From Nitrososphaerota archaeon (lineage in GTDB: Archaea; Thermoproteota; Nitrososphaeria; Nitrososphaerales; Nitrosopumilaceae), in contig VHBM01000001.1 of NCBI GenBank assembly GCA_016871975.1, forward strand, positions 1 to 54,154: 54,154 nucleotides of DNA. Direction: 5' to 3'. Below, piece by piece: positions 39,136-47,238 of this stretch (position 1 is the first letter of the stretch; every line of letters begins with the position of its first letter). The notes below the pieces were generated by a model. The model was not told where the DNA came from and ran no database searches. It saw only the letters and a program-made list of their open reading frames with translations. The translations under genes and the position numbers were made by a program.

Positions 39136-39951
39136 ATGAGCACAGAATCTCGACTTAAGAAGCTAAGAGGTTCTGGTGGCTACATAATGGCAAATATTAC
39201 TGATGAACAACAGCGAAAAGGAAATCTGGGTGGGCCAGATCTGTTTTTGGCACCAATTGGGCGAATTGATTCATCAAAAATTACAAAACACTACTGCAAT
39301 TCATGTGAAAAAGATTACGAGGGAGGGCCTCAGATAAAATATGAAACTCCAAATGAAGAAGTAGCTGAAAATTTAATTCTAGTTGAGAAAGGAAAGTATC
39401 TGTGCAATACTTGCGGTTCCACGATAGCTGAATATCGAGAATTTAGAAAACCTGATCAAGCTGGTGAGATAGGTAAAGCAAAGCCTATTTCAGAAGAAAG
39501 TTTTTCAAAACCATCACCTCCTCAAACAAATACATCTGTTAAAACCGAAACTGTTTCATCTAGTGTAAAAGCGGAAACTATTCAACCAACTAAATCTCAA
39601 AGTAGAATCATACAACCACGACCAGATATCCAAGTAGATTCTTCAAAAAGTTCCAATTTTAGCACAATTATTGGCATGGATGTATATGATGAGAACTTGA
39701 AAAAAATTGGAACTGTAAGGGAAATGGGTGTTGATTCAACACAATCTGTAATTGTTGTTGTAGCAAGGTATGATGGAACCGAAGAAAGTATAAGCTGGAG
39801 TCGGATTAAAAAAATTGGCGAAATCATTCTGCTAGGTTCAAAAAATGAAAGTTTCATAGAACAACAATCAAGGGGTTTAAAGTGCCCCAGTTGTGGCCTT
39901 GCAAATAGAGAAGGCTCGAAATTTTGTGAAAATTGTGGAACTAGAATTTAG
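39136..39951 (+). CDS. Zinc-finger / PRC-barrel / zinc-ribbon protein
   Basis: N-terminal CNSC...CNTC, Ser/Thr/Pro linker, PRC-like IIGMDVYDENLKKIGTVRE, C-terminal CPSCG...SKFCENCG. Confidence 0.78.
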   Translation: MSTESRLKKLRGSGGYIMANITDEQQRKGNLGGPDLFLAPIGRIDSSKITKHYCNSCEKDYEGGPQIKYETPNEEVAENLILVEKGKYLCNTCGSTIAEYREFRKPDQAGEIGKAKPISEESFSKPSPPQTNTSVKTETVSSSVKAETIQPTKSQSRIIQPRPDIQVDSSKSSNFSTIIGMDVYDENLKKIGTVREMGVDSTQSVIVVVARYDGTEESISWSRIKKIGEIILLGSKNESFIEQQSRGLKCPSCGLANREGSKFCENCGTRI

Positions 39952-39996
39952 AAAATATCAAGATTTATCTTAGCAAATAAATGGACATGACATAAT

Positions 39997-40683
39997 TTGG
40001 TTGGTAAAAAAATAACAAAAGGAATAGCAAAAGATATTGTAATAGTTGTAATAGGTGTTTTGATAATATGGCTTGGATTAAGAGTGGTTTTTGGGACAGA
40101 AAATCCATTTTATGTTGTCTCAAGTGGTAGTATGGTTCCTGAGCTACAGGTTTTTGATGTGTTAGTGGTGCAAGGAAATGAACCATTTGAAAGTGTACAA
40201 AAAGGAGACATCATAGTTTTTCATAGGCCAGCAGGACATGATAGGGTAATAGTTCACAGAGTGGCAGAAATTATTGATGATGATCCAAAAACAATACGAA
40301 CAAAAGGCGATGCAAATCCTTCTTCAATTCCAGGTACTGATTTTCCAATAACAGATGACGAATACATTGGTAAAGTAGCATATGTCATACCACAAATTGG
40401 CTATATTACAAGAATTTTGATGCCGCCAGTCAATTATATCATAATTGCAGTAATTGTTGGAATTATGATTTTCAAACAAATTTCAAAAAATAAAAAAGCA
40501 AAGGAAATATCACTTGCATCCAAAGACGATATTCCAAATGAGGTATTTCAAAATAGTACCTCTGATGCAAGTTTAACAAATCTTCCCAAAGATAATGAAT
40601 ATACGGAGTTTGAAAAAGTTCAGAGTTCAGATACGGTTAATCAAGCGGGAAAATCTGATTCAAAAGAAAAAACGGATAATTAA
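39997..40683 (+). CDS. Signal peptidase I (Sec11 type)
   Basis: VSSGSMVP, GDIIVF, IVHRV, TKGDAN; flanking TM helices. Confidence 0.94.
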   Translation: MVGKKITKGIAKDIVIVVIGVLIIWLGLRVVFGTENPFYVVSSGSMVPELQVFDVLVVQGNEPFESVQKGDIIVFHRPAGHDRVIVHRVAEIIDDDPKTIRTKGDANPSSIPGTDFPITDDEYIGKVAYVIPQIGYITRILMPPVNYIIIAVIVGIMIFKQISKNKKAKEISLASKDDIPNEVFQNSTSDASLTNLPKDNEYTEFEKVQSSDTVNQAGKSDSKEKTDN

Positions 40684-42191
40684 CTTTCTTTGTTATTGAT
40701 TTTAAATACTCGTTTAAAGTATTCAGAATTTTCTTGTGGTTCTTCAAAGTCATCTTTTACATTAGCTAGATGTTTTGCCAAGTTTTTCTTGTAACCAAGC
40801 TGCATTTGGCGCGCAATTTGAATTCGCTGTGCCTGAGGCGATCCTGCACCATGCATTGACTCTGTAAGATATCCAACTGCATTTCTACCTAATGTCATGT
40901 TTTCGATTAATCTTAGTATGCGCATCCTGTTTTCAACGTCAACACCTTTTCTTCCTGCCAAATATTTTCTAAGTAATGGTCCTGTCTCAGGATTTCTAAA
41001 GTCCTTTTCTGAAGGCATTGTCACAACCAGCCCTCCTGCAATGTCTTGAGCTAGTCTACCAATTTCATATGGAAATCTTGTAACGTTGTGTTTGCATACC
41101 TGTGCTAGCATATCGTCATTTAGCCACACACCAGATTTGAGCTTGTGAGCCTGATATGACGATGCAACCCCTGCAGCATAAATTGATTCATTGAGATGTG
41201 TCATCTCGACAAGTTTATCCTTGATGTGTGAAACATTTGGGATACCATTATAGTCTGCAATTGTAGCTGCTGCACCAATTAATACATCACCAAGTCCTGT
41301 CTTGCAAACATAACTTCTTCTGTGATAACAAGTAAATCTTTCAACAAGCATTGAAGCAAACTCATATTCACCATACATGAATACTTTTTCCCAAGGGATG
41401 AAAACGCGATCAAGTATTATCATTGCCTCTTGTCCTGCAAATTGTGAGTTTCCGGCATCAAGATCTCCTCCTTCCATACTTCGTGTGTCGCAAGACTGTC
41501 GTCCATAGATGTAAGTTATGCCCTCTGCATCTGCAGGTACCGCTCCAACAATTGCATAGTCTTTGTCGTTTTCTGTTAGTCTCATAGTTGGCATGATGAT
41601 AATCCAATGTGAATTGATACATCCTGTTTGGTGGGCTTTTGCACCTGTTACGTAAACTCCTTTGTCATTTTTTTCCACTACACGAACAAACATGTCAGGA
41701 TCTGCTTGTTCTGCAGGGCCTTTGCTTCTATCTCCTTTTGGATCTGTCATGGCGCCACCTATTACAAGATTCTCGGTTTGAACCATTTTGATAAAATCTA
41801 TTAGTCGTTTATGGTATTTTGTGCCAAATTTTTCATCAATTTCATATGTTGTGGAATGGAGTGAGTTTATTGCGTCCATCCCTACACATCGTTGAAAGCA
41901 GGTTCCTGTATTTTGTCCCATTTTTCTCTGCATTTTATTTTGTAGTACTAGATCTTGTGCGCTTTCTACAATGTGTAAAAATCGGTTTACTCTCATTCCG
42001 GTTATTGATGAATGTGCGGTTGCTAGTTCTTCTTCTCTTCCTGCCAAATCATATGTTTCAGCTACGGCGTTAATTGATGGACGAATCATTGGATGATCAA
42101 CAGGCTCTTTGACTAATTCACCAAAAAGATACACTTTGAGTTTTCTGCCTCGCAAACTCTGGATATACTCTTGGCCAGTTCTAATTGGCAT
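40680..42191 (-). CDS. hcd: 4-hydroxybutyryl-CoA dehydratase (3HP/4HB carbon fixation cycle)
   Basis: CFQRCVGMD, MTDPKGDRS, GAKAHQTG, HRRSYVCK, ESMHGAGSP. Confidence 0.96.
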   Translation of the reverse strand: MPIRTGQEYIQSLRGRKLKVYLFGELVKEPVDHPMIRPSINAVAETYDLAGREEELATAHSSITGMRVNRFLHIVESAQDLVLQNKMQRKMGQNTGTCFQRCVGMDAINSLHSTTYEIDEKFGTKYHKRLIDFIKMVQTENLVIGGAMTDPKGDRSKGPAEQADPDMFVRVVEKNDKGVYVTGAKAHQTGCINSHWIIIMPTMRLTENDKDYAIVGAVPADAEGITYIYGRQSCDTRSMEGGDLDAGNSQFAGQEAMIILDRVFIPWEKVFMYGEYEFASMLVERFTCYHRRSYVCKTGLGDVLIGAAATIADYNGIPNVSHIKDKLVEMTHLNESIYAAGVASSYQAHKLKSGVWLNDDMLAQVCKHNVTRFPYEIGRLAQDIAGGLVVTMPSEKDFRNPETGPLLRKYLAGRKGVDVENRMRILRLIENMTLGRNAVGYLTESMHGAGSPQAQRIQIARQMQLGYKKNLAKHLANVKDDFEEPQENSEYFKRVFKINNKES

Positions 42192-42253
42192 ATGCATAAA
42201 GTGCCCTGAAGTGTTATAAATATTCTAAACTGTTTCTGGTCATGCGTGTTTTG

Positions 42254-44350
42254 TTAAAGACCTATTCTAACGTCAAGAATCTTGCAACCTTTTCCTTTTT
42301 CCATGACCAATACCGGATTCATATCCAGTTCTTTGATTTCTCTAAAATCTGTTACAAGTTGTGACAACCGTTGGATGCATTCAGATAATTTTGCAAGATC
42401 TGATGGTTTTTCTCCTCTTACTCCTTCAAGAAGTTTTTTTGTTTTAATTGATGCGATCATGTCATCTGCTTCTTTGTCAGTTACTGGTGCAAGTCTGAAT
42501 GTAACATCTTTTAAGACCTCTACATAGATGCCACCCATCCCAAGCATCAAGACAGATCCAAATCCCGGTTCTTGTTTTGAACCAATGATCATTTCCTTTC
42601 CGCCTTTTACCATTTCAACAACTAGGACGCCTTTGATTACTGCGTTTTTGTTGTATTTCTTTGCATTTTTTATGATCTCTTTAAATGCTGAACGCACGTC
42701 TTTGTCATTTTGTATGTTTACCTTTACGCCACCAGCATCCGATTTGTGAATGATTTGTGGCGATGCAATCTTTAAAACAACCGGATAACCAATCTTTTTT
42801 GCAATTTTTACTGCATCCTGTTCTGTTTTTGCAAGCATACTTTTTGGAAGTGGTAATCCATACGCACGTAGTATTTCTTGTCCTTCCTCTTCAAGCAAGT
42901 TTTGCCTACCCTCTTGTTTTGCATTATCAAAGATTTTTTTTGCCTTGTTTGTGTCTACTTTGAATGTAACAGTATTGCCTTCTGGACTTTTAATCCACTC
43001 AACAAACCTAAGCATTGCCTTGAGGGTTTGAATCGATGCTTCTGCATAGGTATAATACGGTATTCCTCCTTCTGCCATGATTTGTCTGTTTTTTATGCCT
43101 TCATCTAGTCCCATTAGACTTGCAAGAATGGTTTTTTTGTATTTTTTTGACATGTTAACAACTACTTCTGCAAGTTTGTTGTAGTCAAGAGTTGCAGATG
43201 GTGTACACATTGCAATAACAGAACCAACATTTTTGTGTGATAAAACATTCTCAAGTACATTGTTGAATCGATTATAATCTGCATCGCCAACGATGTCCAC
43301 GGGATTTCGTGAGCTGCCCCATGGTGGAATTACCGCATCAATTTTTGGTCTAATGTCATCAATTTTTGCCATTTTTATTCCGAGTTTTGAACATGCATCA
43401 GTTGAAATAATAGCTGGTCCACCAGCATTAGATACAATAACAAGATCACCCTCTAGTGGAAGTGGTTGCTTTGAGAATGCGGTAGCATAGTCAAATAATT
43501 CTCCCATTGTATCTACTCTGATTGCTCCAGATTGTTTTAGTAATGCGTCATAGATTTCGTCAGAACCCATCAATGCTCCTGTATGAGACATTGCGGCTTT
43601 TGCTCCCTCAGGACTTCTTCCAGATTTTAAAACCAATACAGGTTTTCTTAGATTTTTAGTAATGTTTTTACAAATCTTTAAAAATTTTTGACCGTCACCC
43701 ATGTCTTCTAGATACATCACAATCACCTTTGTCTGTTCATGGTTTGCAAGCATCTCTAGTACATCAATTTCATTCATGTCAGCTTTGTTTCCCATACTTA
43801 CAACTGCTGAAAATCCAATCCCCTGTGCACTTGCATCCTCAACAAGTGCAGCGCAGATCGCTCCACTTTGTGAGACCAGTGCTATTTCTCCTGATTTTGG
43901 TGTAACTTTTAGGAATGTAGAATTCATCATTGTTTGTGGAGCAAGGTTCATCACGCCAAGGCAGTTTGGACCAATTACCTTGATGTTGTACTTTTTTGCA
44001 ATCTCCTTTAGTTGTTGTTCTAGTTTTGCTCCTTCTTCGTCAACCTCCTTGAATCCAGCGGTAATTACAATTGCTCCTTTGATTCCCTTTTTACCACATT
44101 CCTCTAAAACTGTTGAAACGATAGTATTTTTTGTAATAATTACCGCCAAATCAATTTGTTCAGAAACATCTAGGACAGTCTTGTATGCTTTTTTATCAAA
44201 AACTGTGTCCCTTGTTGGACTGATTGGATAAATGGTTCCCTTGTATCCCTTCATGATGTTTGAGGTAATTGCTCGTCCTACACTTCCTTCCTTATCTGAT
44301 GCACCAATTATTGCAATTGAGGTAGGTGAAAGAAAAACTGATTCTGCCAA
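42254..44350 (-). CDS. ADP-forming acyl-CoA synthetase, most likely 4-hydroxybutyrate-CoA ligase
   Basis: IGPNCLG, SQSGA, SHTGAL phospho-His, NPVD, HKSDAGGV ATP-grasp, ELDMNP; adjacent to hcd as in thaumarchaea. Confidence 0.92.
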   Translation of the reverse strand: MAESVFLSPTSIAIIGASDKEGSVGRAITSNIMKGYKGTIYPISPTRDTVFDKKAYKTVLDVSEQIDLAVIITKNTIVSTVLEECGKKGIKGAIVITAGFKEVDEEGAKLEQQLKEIAKKYNIKVIGPNCLGVMNLAPQTMMNSTFLKVTPKSGEIALVSQSGAICAALVEDASAQGIGFSAVVSMGNKADMNEIDVLEMLANHEQTKVIVMYLEDMGDGQKFLKICKNITKNLRKPVLVLKSGRSPEGAKAAMSHTGALMGSDEIYDALLKQSGAIRVDTMGELFDYATAFSKQPLPLEGDLVIVSNAGGPAIISTDACSKLGIKMAKIDDIRPKIDAVIPPWGSSRNPVDIVGDADYNRFNNVLENVLSHKNVGSVIAMCTPSATLDYNKLAEVVVNMSKKYKKTILASLMGLDEGIKNRQIMAEGGIPYYTYAEASIQTLKAMLRFVEWIKSPEGNTVTFKVDTNKAKKIFDNAKQEGRQNLLEEEGQEILRAYGLPLPKSMLAKTEQDAVKIAKKIGYPVVLKIASPQIIHKSDAGGVKVNIQNDKDVRSAFKEIIKNAKKYNKNAVIKGVLVVEMVKGGKEMIIGSKQEPGFGSVLMLGMGGIYVEVLKDVTFRLAPVTDKEADDMIASIKTKKLLEGVRGEKPSDLAKLSECIQRLSQLVTDFREIKELDMNPVLVMEKGKGCKILDVRIGL

Positions 44351-44430
44351 TTTGTTAACCTTGGATCAAATTAGTTTCCATAATAAAGCTATTCATATTT
44401 TCTAGGATCAAATTTATCATAGCCTAATAC

Positions 44431-44787
44431 TTAGCTTCCAAGCATTTTTCCAGCCAGATTTTCTTTTCGAGGTATCCATGTTAATTTTATTTTAGGAAGT
44501 TTTGCAATTAACTCCCATGCTTCCCTTGCTAGACTTCGCAGCTGATCATTGTTTATTGCATTTTCGTGATTTAGTTGTGCAATCGTATTTTTGGAGTCAC
44601 TATAGACAACAATCTCATCATCTTTGGATTTTACAAATTTTAGTGAGGCTATTATTGCAAGATATTCTGCTTGATTATTTGTGATGTTTGGCTTCTTTTC
44701 ATAAAATGATTCACCTGTCTCTTTAACATAAAAGCCATATCCAGAATTATTCCCCCCTGAACCATCTACATAAATGCTAATTGACAT
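44431..44787 (-). CDS. Ribonuclease HI family protein
   Basis: YVDGS, TNNQAEY, SDS, WIPRKEN. The fourth acidic residue (usually N-x-x-AD) appears absent. Confidence 0.88.
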   Translation of the reverse strand: MSISIYVDGSGGNNSGYGFYVKETGESFYEKKPNITNNQAEYLAIIASLKFVKSKDDEIVVYSDSKNTIAQLNHENAINNDQLRSLAREAWELIAKLPKIKLTWIPRKENLAGKMLGS

Positions 44788-44799
44788 GAAAAGATGTCT

Positions 44800-45552
44800 T
44801 TAGATACCAAACAAATTGTTTACTATTGCTATTTCATATAGAATGTTTGTGCCAATAAGTAAACTTGCAAATCCAGCAATGTACCTAAGAGCTTTGTTTG
44901 CAGATTCGATCTTGTTTATAAACGCAAAAGGAAGTCCGATTAGTCCACTTACCATCACCATTCCAATTACAGACCCAATACCAAATATCAAAATGAAGCT
45001 TAAAGTTGTCTCAATGTTACCAAGTGTACTAGCAGTCAATACAACTAGACTTCCACTTCCAGCTAATCCGTGAATGCAACCTATAAGGTAGGATTTGTGT
45101 GAATGTTTGTGGTCACTATCGTGTTCATGTGGATGAGTATGAATCGTACCGTCGTCATGGGTGTGAGTGTGTAAGTGTTTTAGCGTAAACAGTTTTTTGT
45201 TGCTAAATGTTGTAAATGCAAGAAAAACCAGCATTATTCCAACAATAAATTCAAAACTCATGAAAACATTTTGTGGAATGTTTATTGCCAAAAGATAGAC
45301 AGCAAGCCCCATTAGTACAAGTGTTGTTGTATGACCTGCACCCCACATAGCACCAAGAAATGACGACTTGAATGTACCTTCTGTAATTATTTTCCTGACT
45401 GATTGCAGTTTGTATCGTCGTTTTGAGATCTGAGTACTTACTGCTGCTACATGATCTGGCTCAAATGCGTGTTGTAAACCTATAGCAAGACCCAATGTCA
45501 AAACTAGTGCTGGAGTCATTGCCTGTAATTGTTCAATAATTTGTTCTACCAA
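44800..45552 (-). CDS. Nickel/cobalt permease (UreH/NicO-like) with His-rich loop
   Basis: GLQHAFEPDH, WGAGHT, HGLAGSG; about six TM helices; 11 His in a 27-aa loop. Confidence 0.88.
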   Translation of the reverse strand: MVEQIIEQLQAMTPALVLTLGLAIGLQHAFEPDHVAAVSTQISKRRYKLQSVRKIITEGTFKSSFLGAMWGAGHTTTLVLMGLAVYLLAINIPQNVFMSFEFIVGIMLVFLAFTTFSNKKLFTLKHLHTHTHDDGTIHTHPHEHDSDHKHSHKSYLIGCIHGLAGSGSLVVLTASTLGNIETTLSFILIFGIGSVIGMVMVSGLIGLPFAFINKIESANKALRYIAGFASLLIGTNILYEIAIVNNLFGI

Positions 45553-45553
45553 T

Positions 45554-45955
45554 TTACGCCTGTTTTCTAGTATTTGGTATCAAGATATAATCACTAGTTG
45601 GTATTGGTTCATCAAGTGTTATGGTCACTGTTGGATTATTGTCAAGTGTTACATCAAAGTTTAACTTTCTTATTGATTCTGGAACTCCAATCATTACTTT
45701 ATCCTGAGATAGAATTTTTCTTGTGTTTTCCTTTATTGATTCAACTGATTTTTCATCACGTAATTCACTAATAACATAGGCACAATACACAAGAATCGCC
45801 TCATTTAGATTAATTCTTAGATTTTTTGAAAGTCGTTGCTTGACTAGCTCAATTGAAGAAAAAAAGACATTTTCTGAATCAGAATCATACTGGAATATTT
45901 TAGTTATGGGCTGTACATCTGGCTCGCCATGTATGATTACTTTAACATGAATCAT
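45554..45955 (-). CDS. Divergent urease gamma subunit-like protein (no ureB/ureC in window)
   Basis: KQRLSKNLRINLNEA...ELRDEKSVESI...ILSQDKVMIGVPE...DEPI aligns by eye with UreA RRLARGLKLNYPEA...EGARDGKSV...VL-x-x-x-QVMEGVPE...HNPI. Confidence 0.8.
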   Translation of the reverse strand: MIHVKVIIHGEPDVQPITKIFQYDSDSENVFFSSIELVKQRLSKNLRINLNEAILVYCAYVISELRDEKSVESIKENTRKILSQDKVMIGVPESIRKLNFDVTLDNNPTVTITLDEPIPTSDYILIPNTRKQA

Positions 45956-47070
45956 TTTCTTTTTGGAATTTCTGATCGAGATTCTTTTCCAAAGTGATAT
46001 GTATTTCCTGTACCACGATACTTATGAGGTCGCACAGGACTACCATCCTTTTTGCCTTGTTTTGTAAGGGATAGTCCTGCTAAGAGCTCAACTATCAATC
46101 TCTGTCCAAGTCCTGATGTAATGCCACCATTGTATGAGCTTTGATCACTGACATCATATGTAGGAGATACTTCTACAAGATCCATTGCAAACTTATCAGG
46201 ATCAAATCCTACAGAAAATTGTCGCACCAATCTCATTCCCTCCCTTGAAGTAAGGCCGTTTGGCTCAGGTTCACCTGTACCTGGAGCATATGCAGGATCA
46301 AAAGAGTCAATATCCCATGTAAGATAGACAGCATCTGTTCCATCGTTTGCACGGTCAACTGCTTCTTTTGCTATAGTATCAATTCCCATCTCTTCAACAT
46401 CAAGCATTGTAAACCATTGAAAATCCTGGTCTGACATCCATTTGTAGAGGTCAGGCCCAGGCCAGTATCCTCTTGGACCAATTAGAGTATAGTTTTTGCC
46501 TTTTAGACATCCAAGTTCCATGACTCTTCGAATGTGTGCACCGTGGTCATATTTGAAGCCGCAAAGACCCTGTGGTGCGCAATCAGCGTGTGTGTCTAAG
46601 TGTATTATTCCAATATTTTTGTATTTTTTTGCAAATGCTCTAACATTTGCAAATGTGATTGAATGATCTCCTCCAAGCATTACAGGTATTCCATTTATGT
46701 CGAGTACTTCTTTGACCTTTTCTGTCATTCTTTTGTGTGATTCAATAACATCGCCTGGTGAAACATTCACATCACCATAATCAACTGCTCTGAAGACACC
46801 AAAAGGATCGGCACCAGTCTCTATGTTAAATCGCTCATATGGAGGAGCAGGTATTGTAGATGCCGCACGTATAGCTCTTGGTCCGTAACGGGCACCTGGA
46901 CGAATTGTTGTTCCAAAATCAAATGGTTCACCGATTATAGCTACATTTGGTTTTACCTTTTGAAGTTCTGCATGGCTTTGTACCCATGGCAGATGCAAAA
47001 ATGTGTTGATTCCAACAAATGGGGGTTGATCATTCCCTCTGTATGATTCACCGTAAAATTCCATTCCCAT
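45952..47070 (-). CDS. Ureohydrolase (agmatinase/arginase family), substrate unknown
   Basis: RPGARYGPRAIR, GGDHS, DTHAD, DIDSFDP, PGTGEPE, DLVEVSP; all six metal ligands present. Confidence 0.93.
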   Translation of the reverse strand: MGMEFYGESYRGNDQPPFVGINTFLHLPWVQSHAELQKVKPNVAIIGEPFDFGTTIRPGARYGPRAIRAASTIPAPPYERFNIETGADPFGVFRAVDYGDVNVSPGDVIESHKRMTEKVKEVLDINGIPVMLGGDHSITFANVRAFAKKYKNIGIIHLDTHADCAPQGLCGFKYDHGAHIRRVMELGCLKGKNYTLIGPRGYWPGPDLYKWMSDQDFQWFTMLDVEEMGIDTIAKEAVDRANDGTDAVYLTWDIDSFDPAYAPGTGEPEPNGLTSREGMRLVRQFSVGFDPDKFAMDLVEVSPTYDVSDQSSYNGGITSGLGQRLIVELLAGLSLTKQGKKDGSPVRPHKYRGTGNTYHFGKESRSEIPKRK

Positions 47071-47116
47071 TTTAATTCAAAATTATGATCTATGGTATGT
47101 TATTAAATATGTCTAG

Positions 47117-47126
47117 GTAAAGTACG
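47117..47126 (-). promoter_or_regulatory. Putative operator GTAAAGTACG upstream of the ureohydrolase TATA box
   Basis: Identical 10-mer at an equivalent position upstream of the symporter gene (50076-50085). Confidence 0.55.
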
Positions 47127-47238
47127 ATTTGTTTTTTCAAACGAAAATCAAATTTTTATTTAATTATTGTGTATGATCGCAAAAAATTGTCTGCAATGCA
47201 CGATCAATTATAAACAAAGTACATTATAATTAATTGAA

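Noticed and set aside
22402..44350. Frequent TTG/GTG starts and short convergent gene overlaps
   Set aside because: Ordinary for compact thaumarchaeal genomes.
45554..45955. Calling this locus a urease operon
   Set aside because: No ureB, ureC or ureDEFG in the window, and the gamma-like protein is too divergent for the ureA symbol.
47071..47238. Guanidine riboswitch upstream of the ureohydrolase (also checked 50028-50300 for the symporter)
   Set aside because: Leaders are short and AT-rich, with TATA boxes about 30-40 nt from the start codons. No GC-rich hairpins or ACGR-loop pairs were seen.
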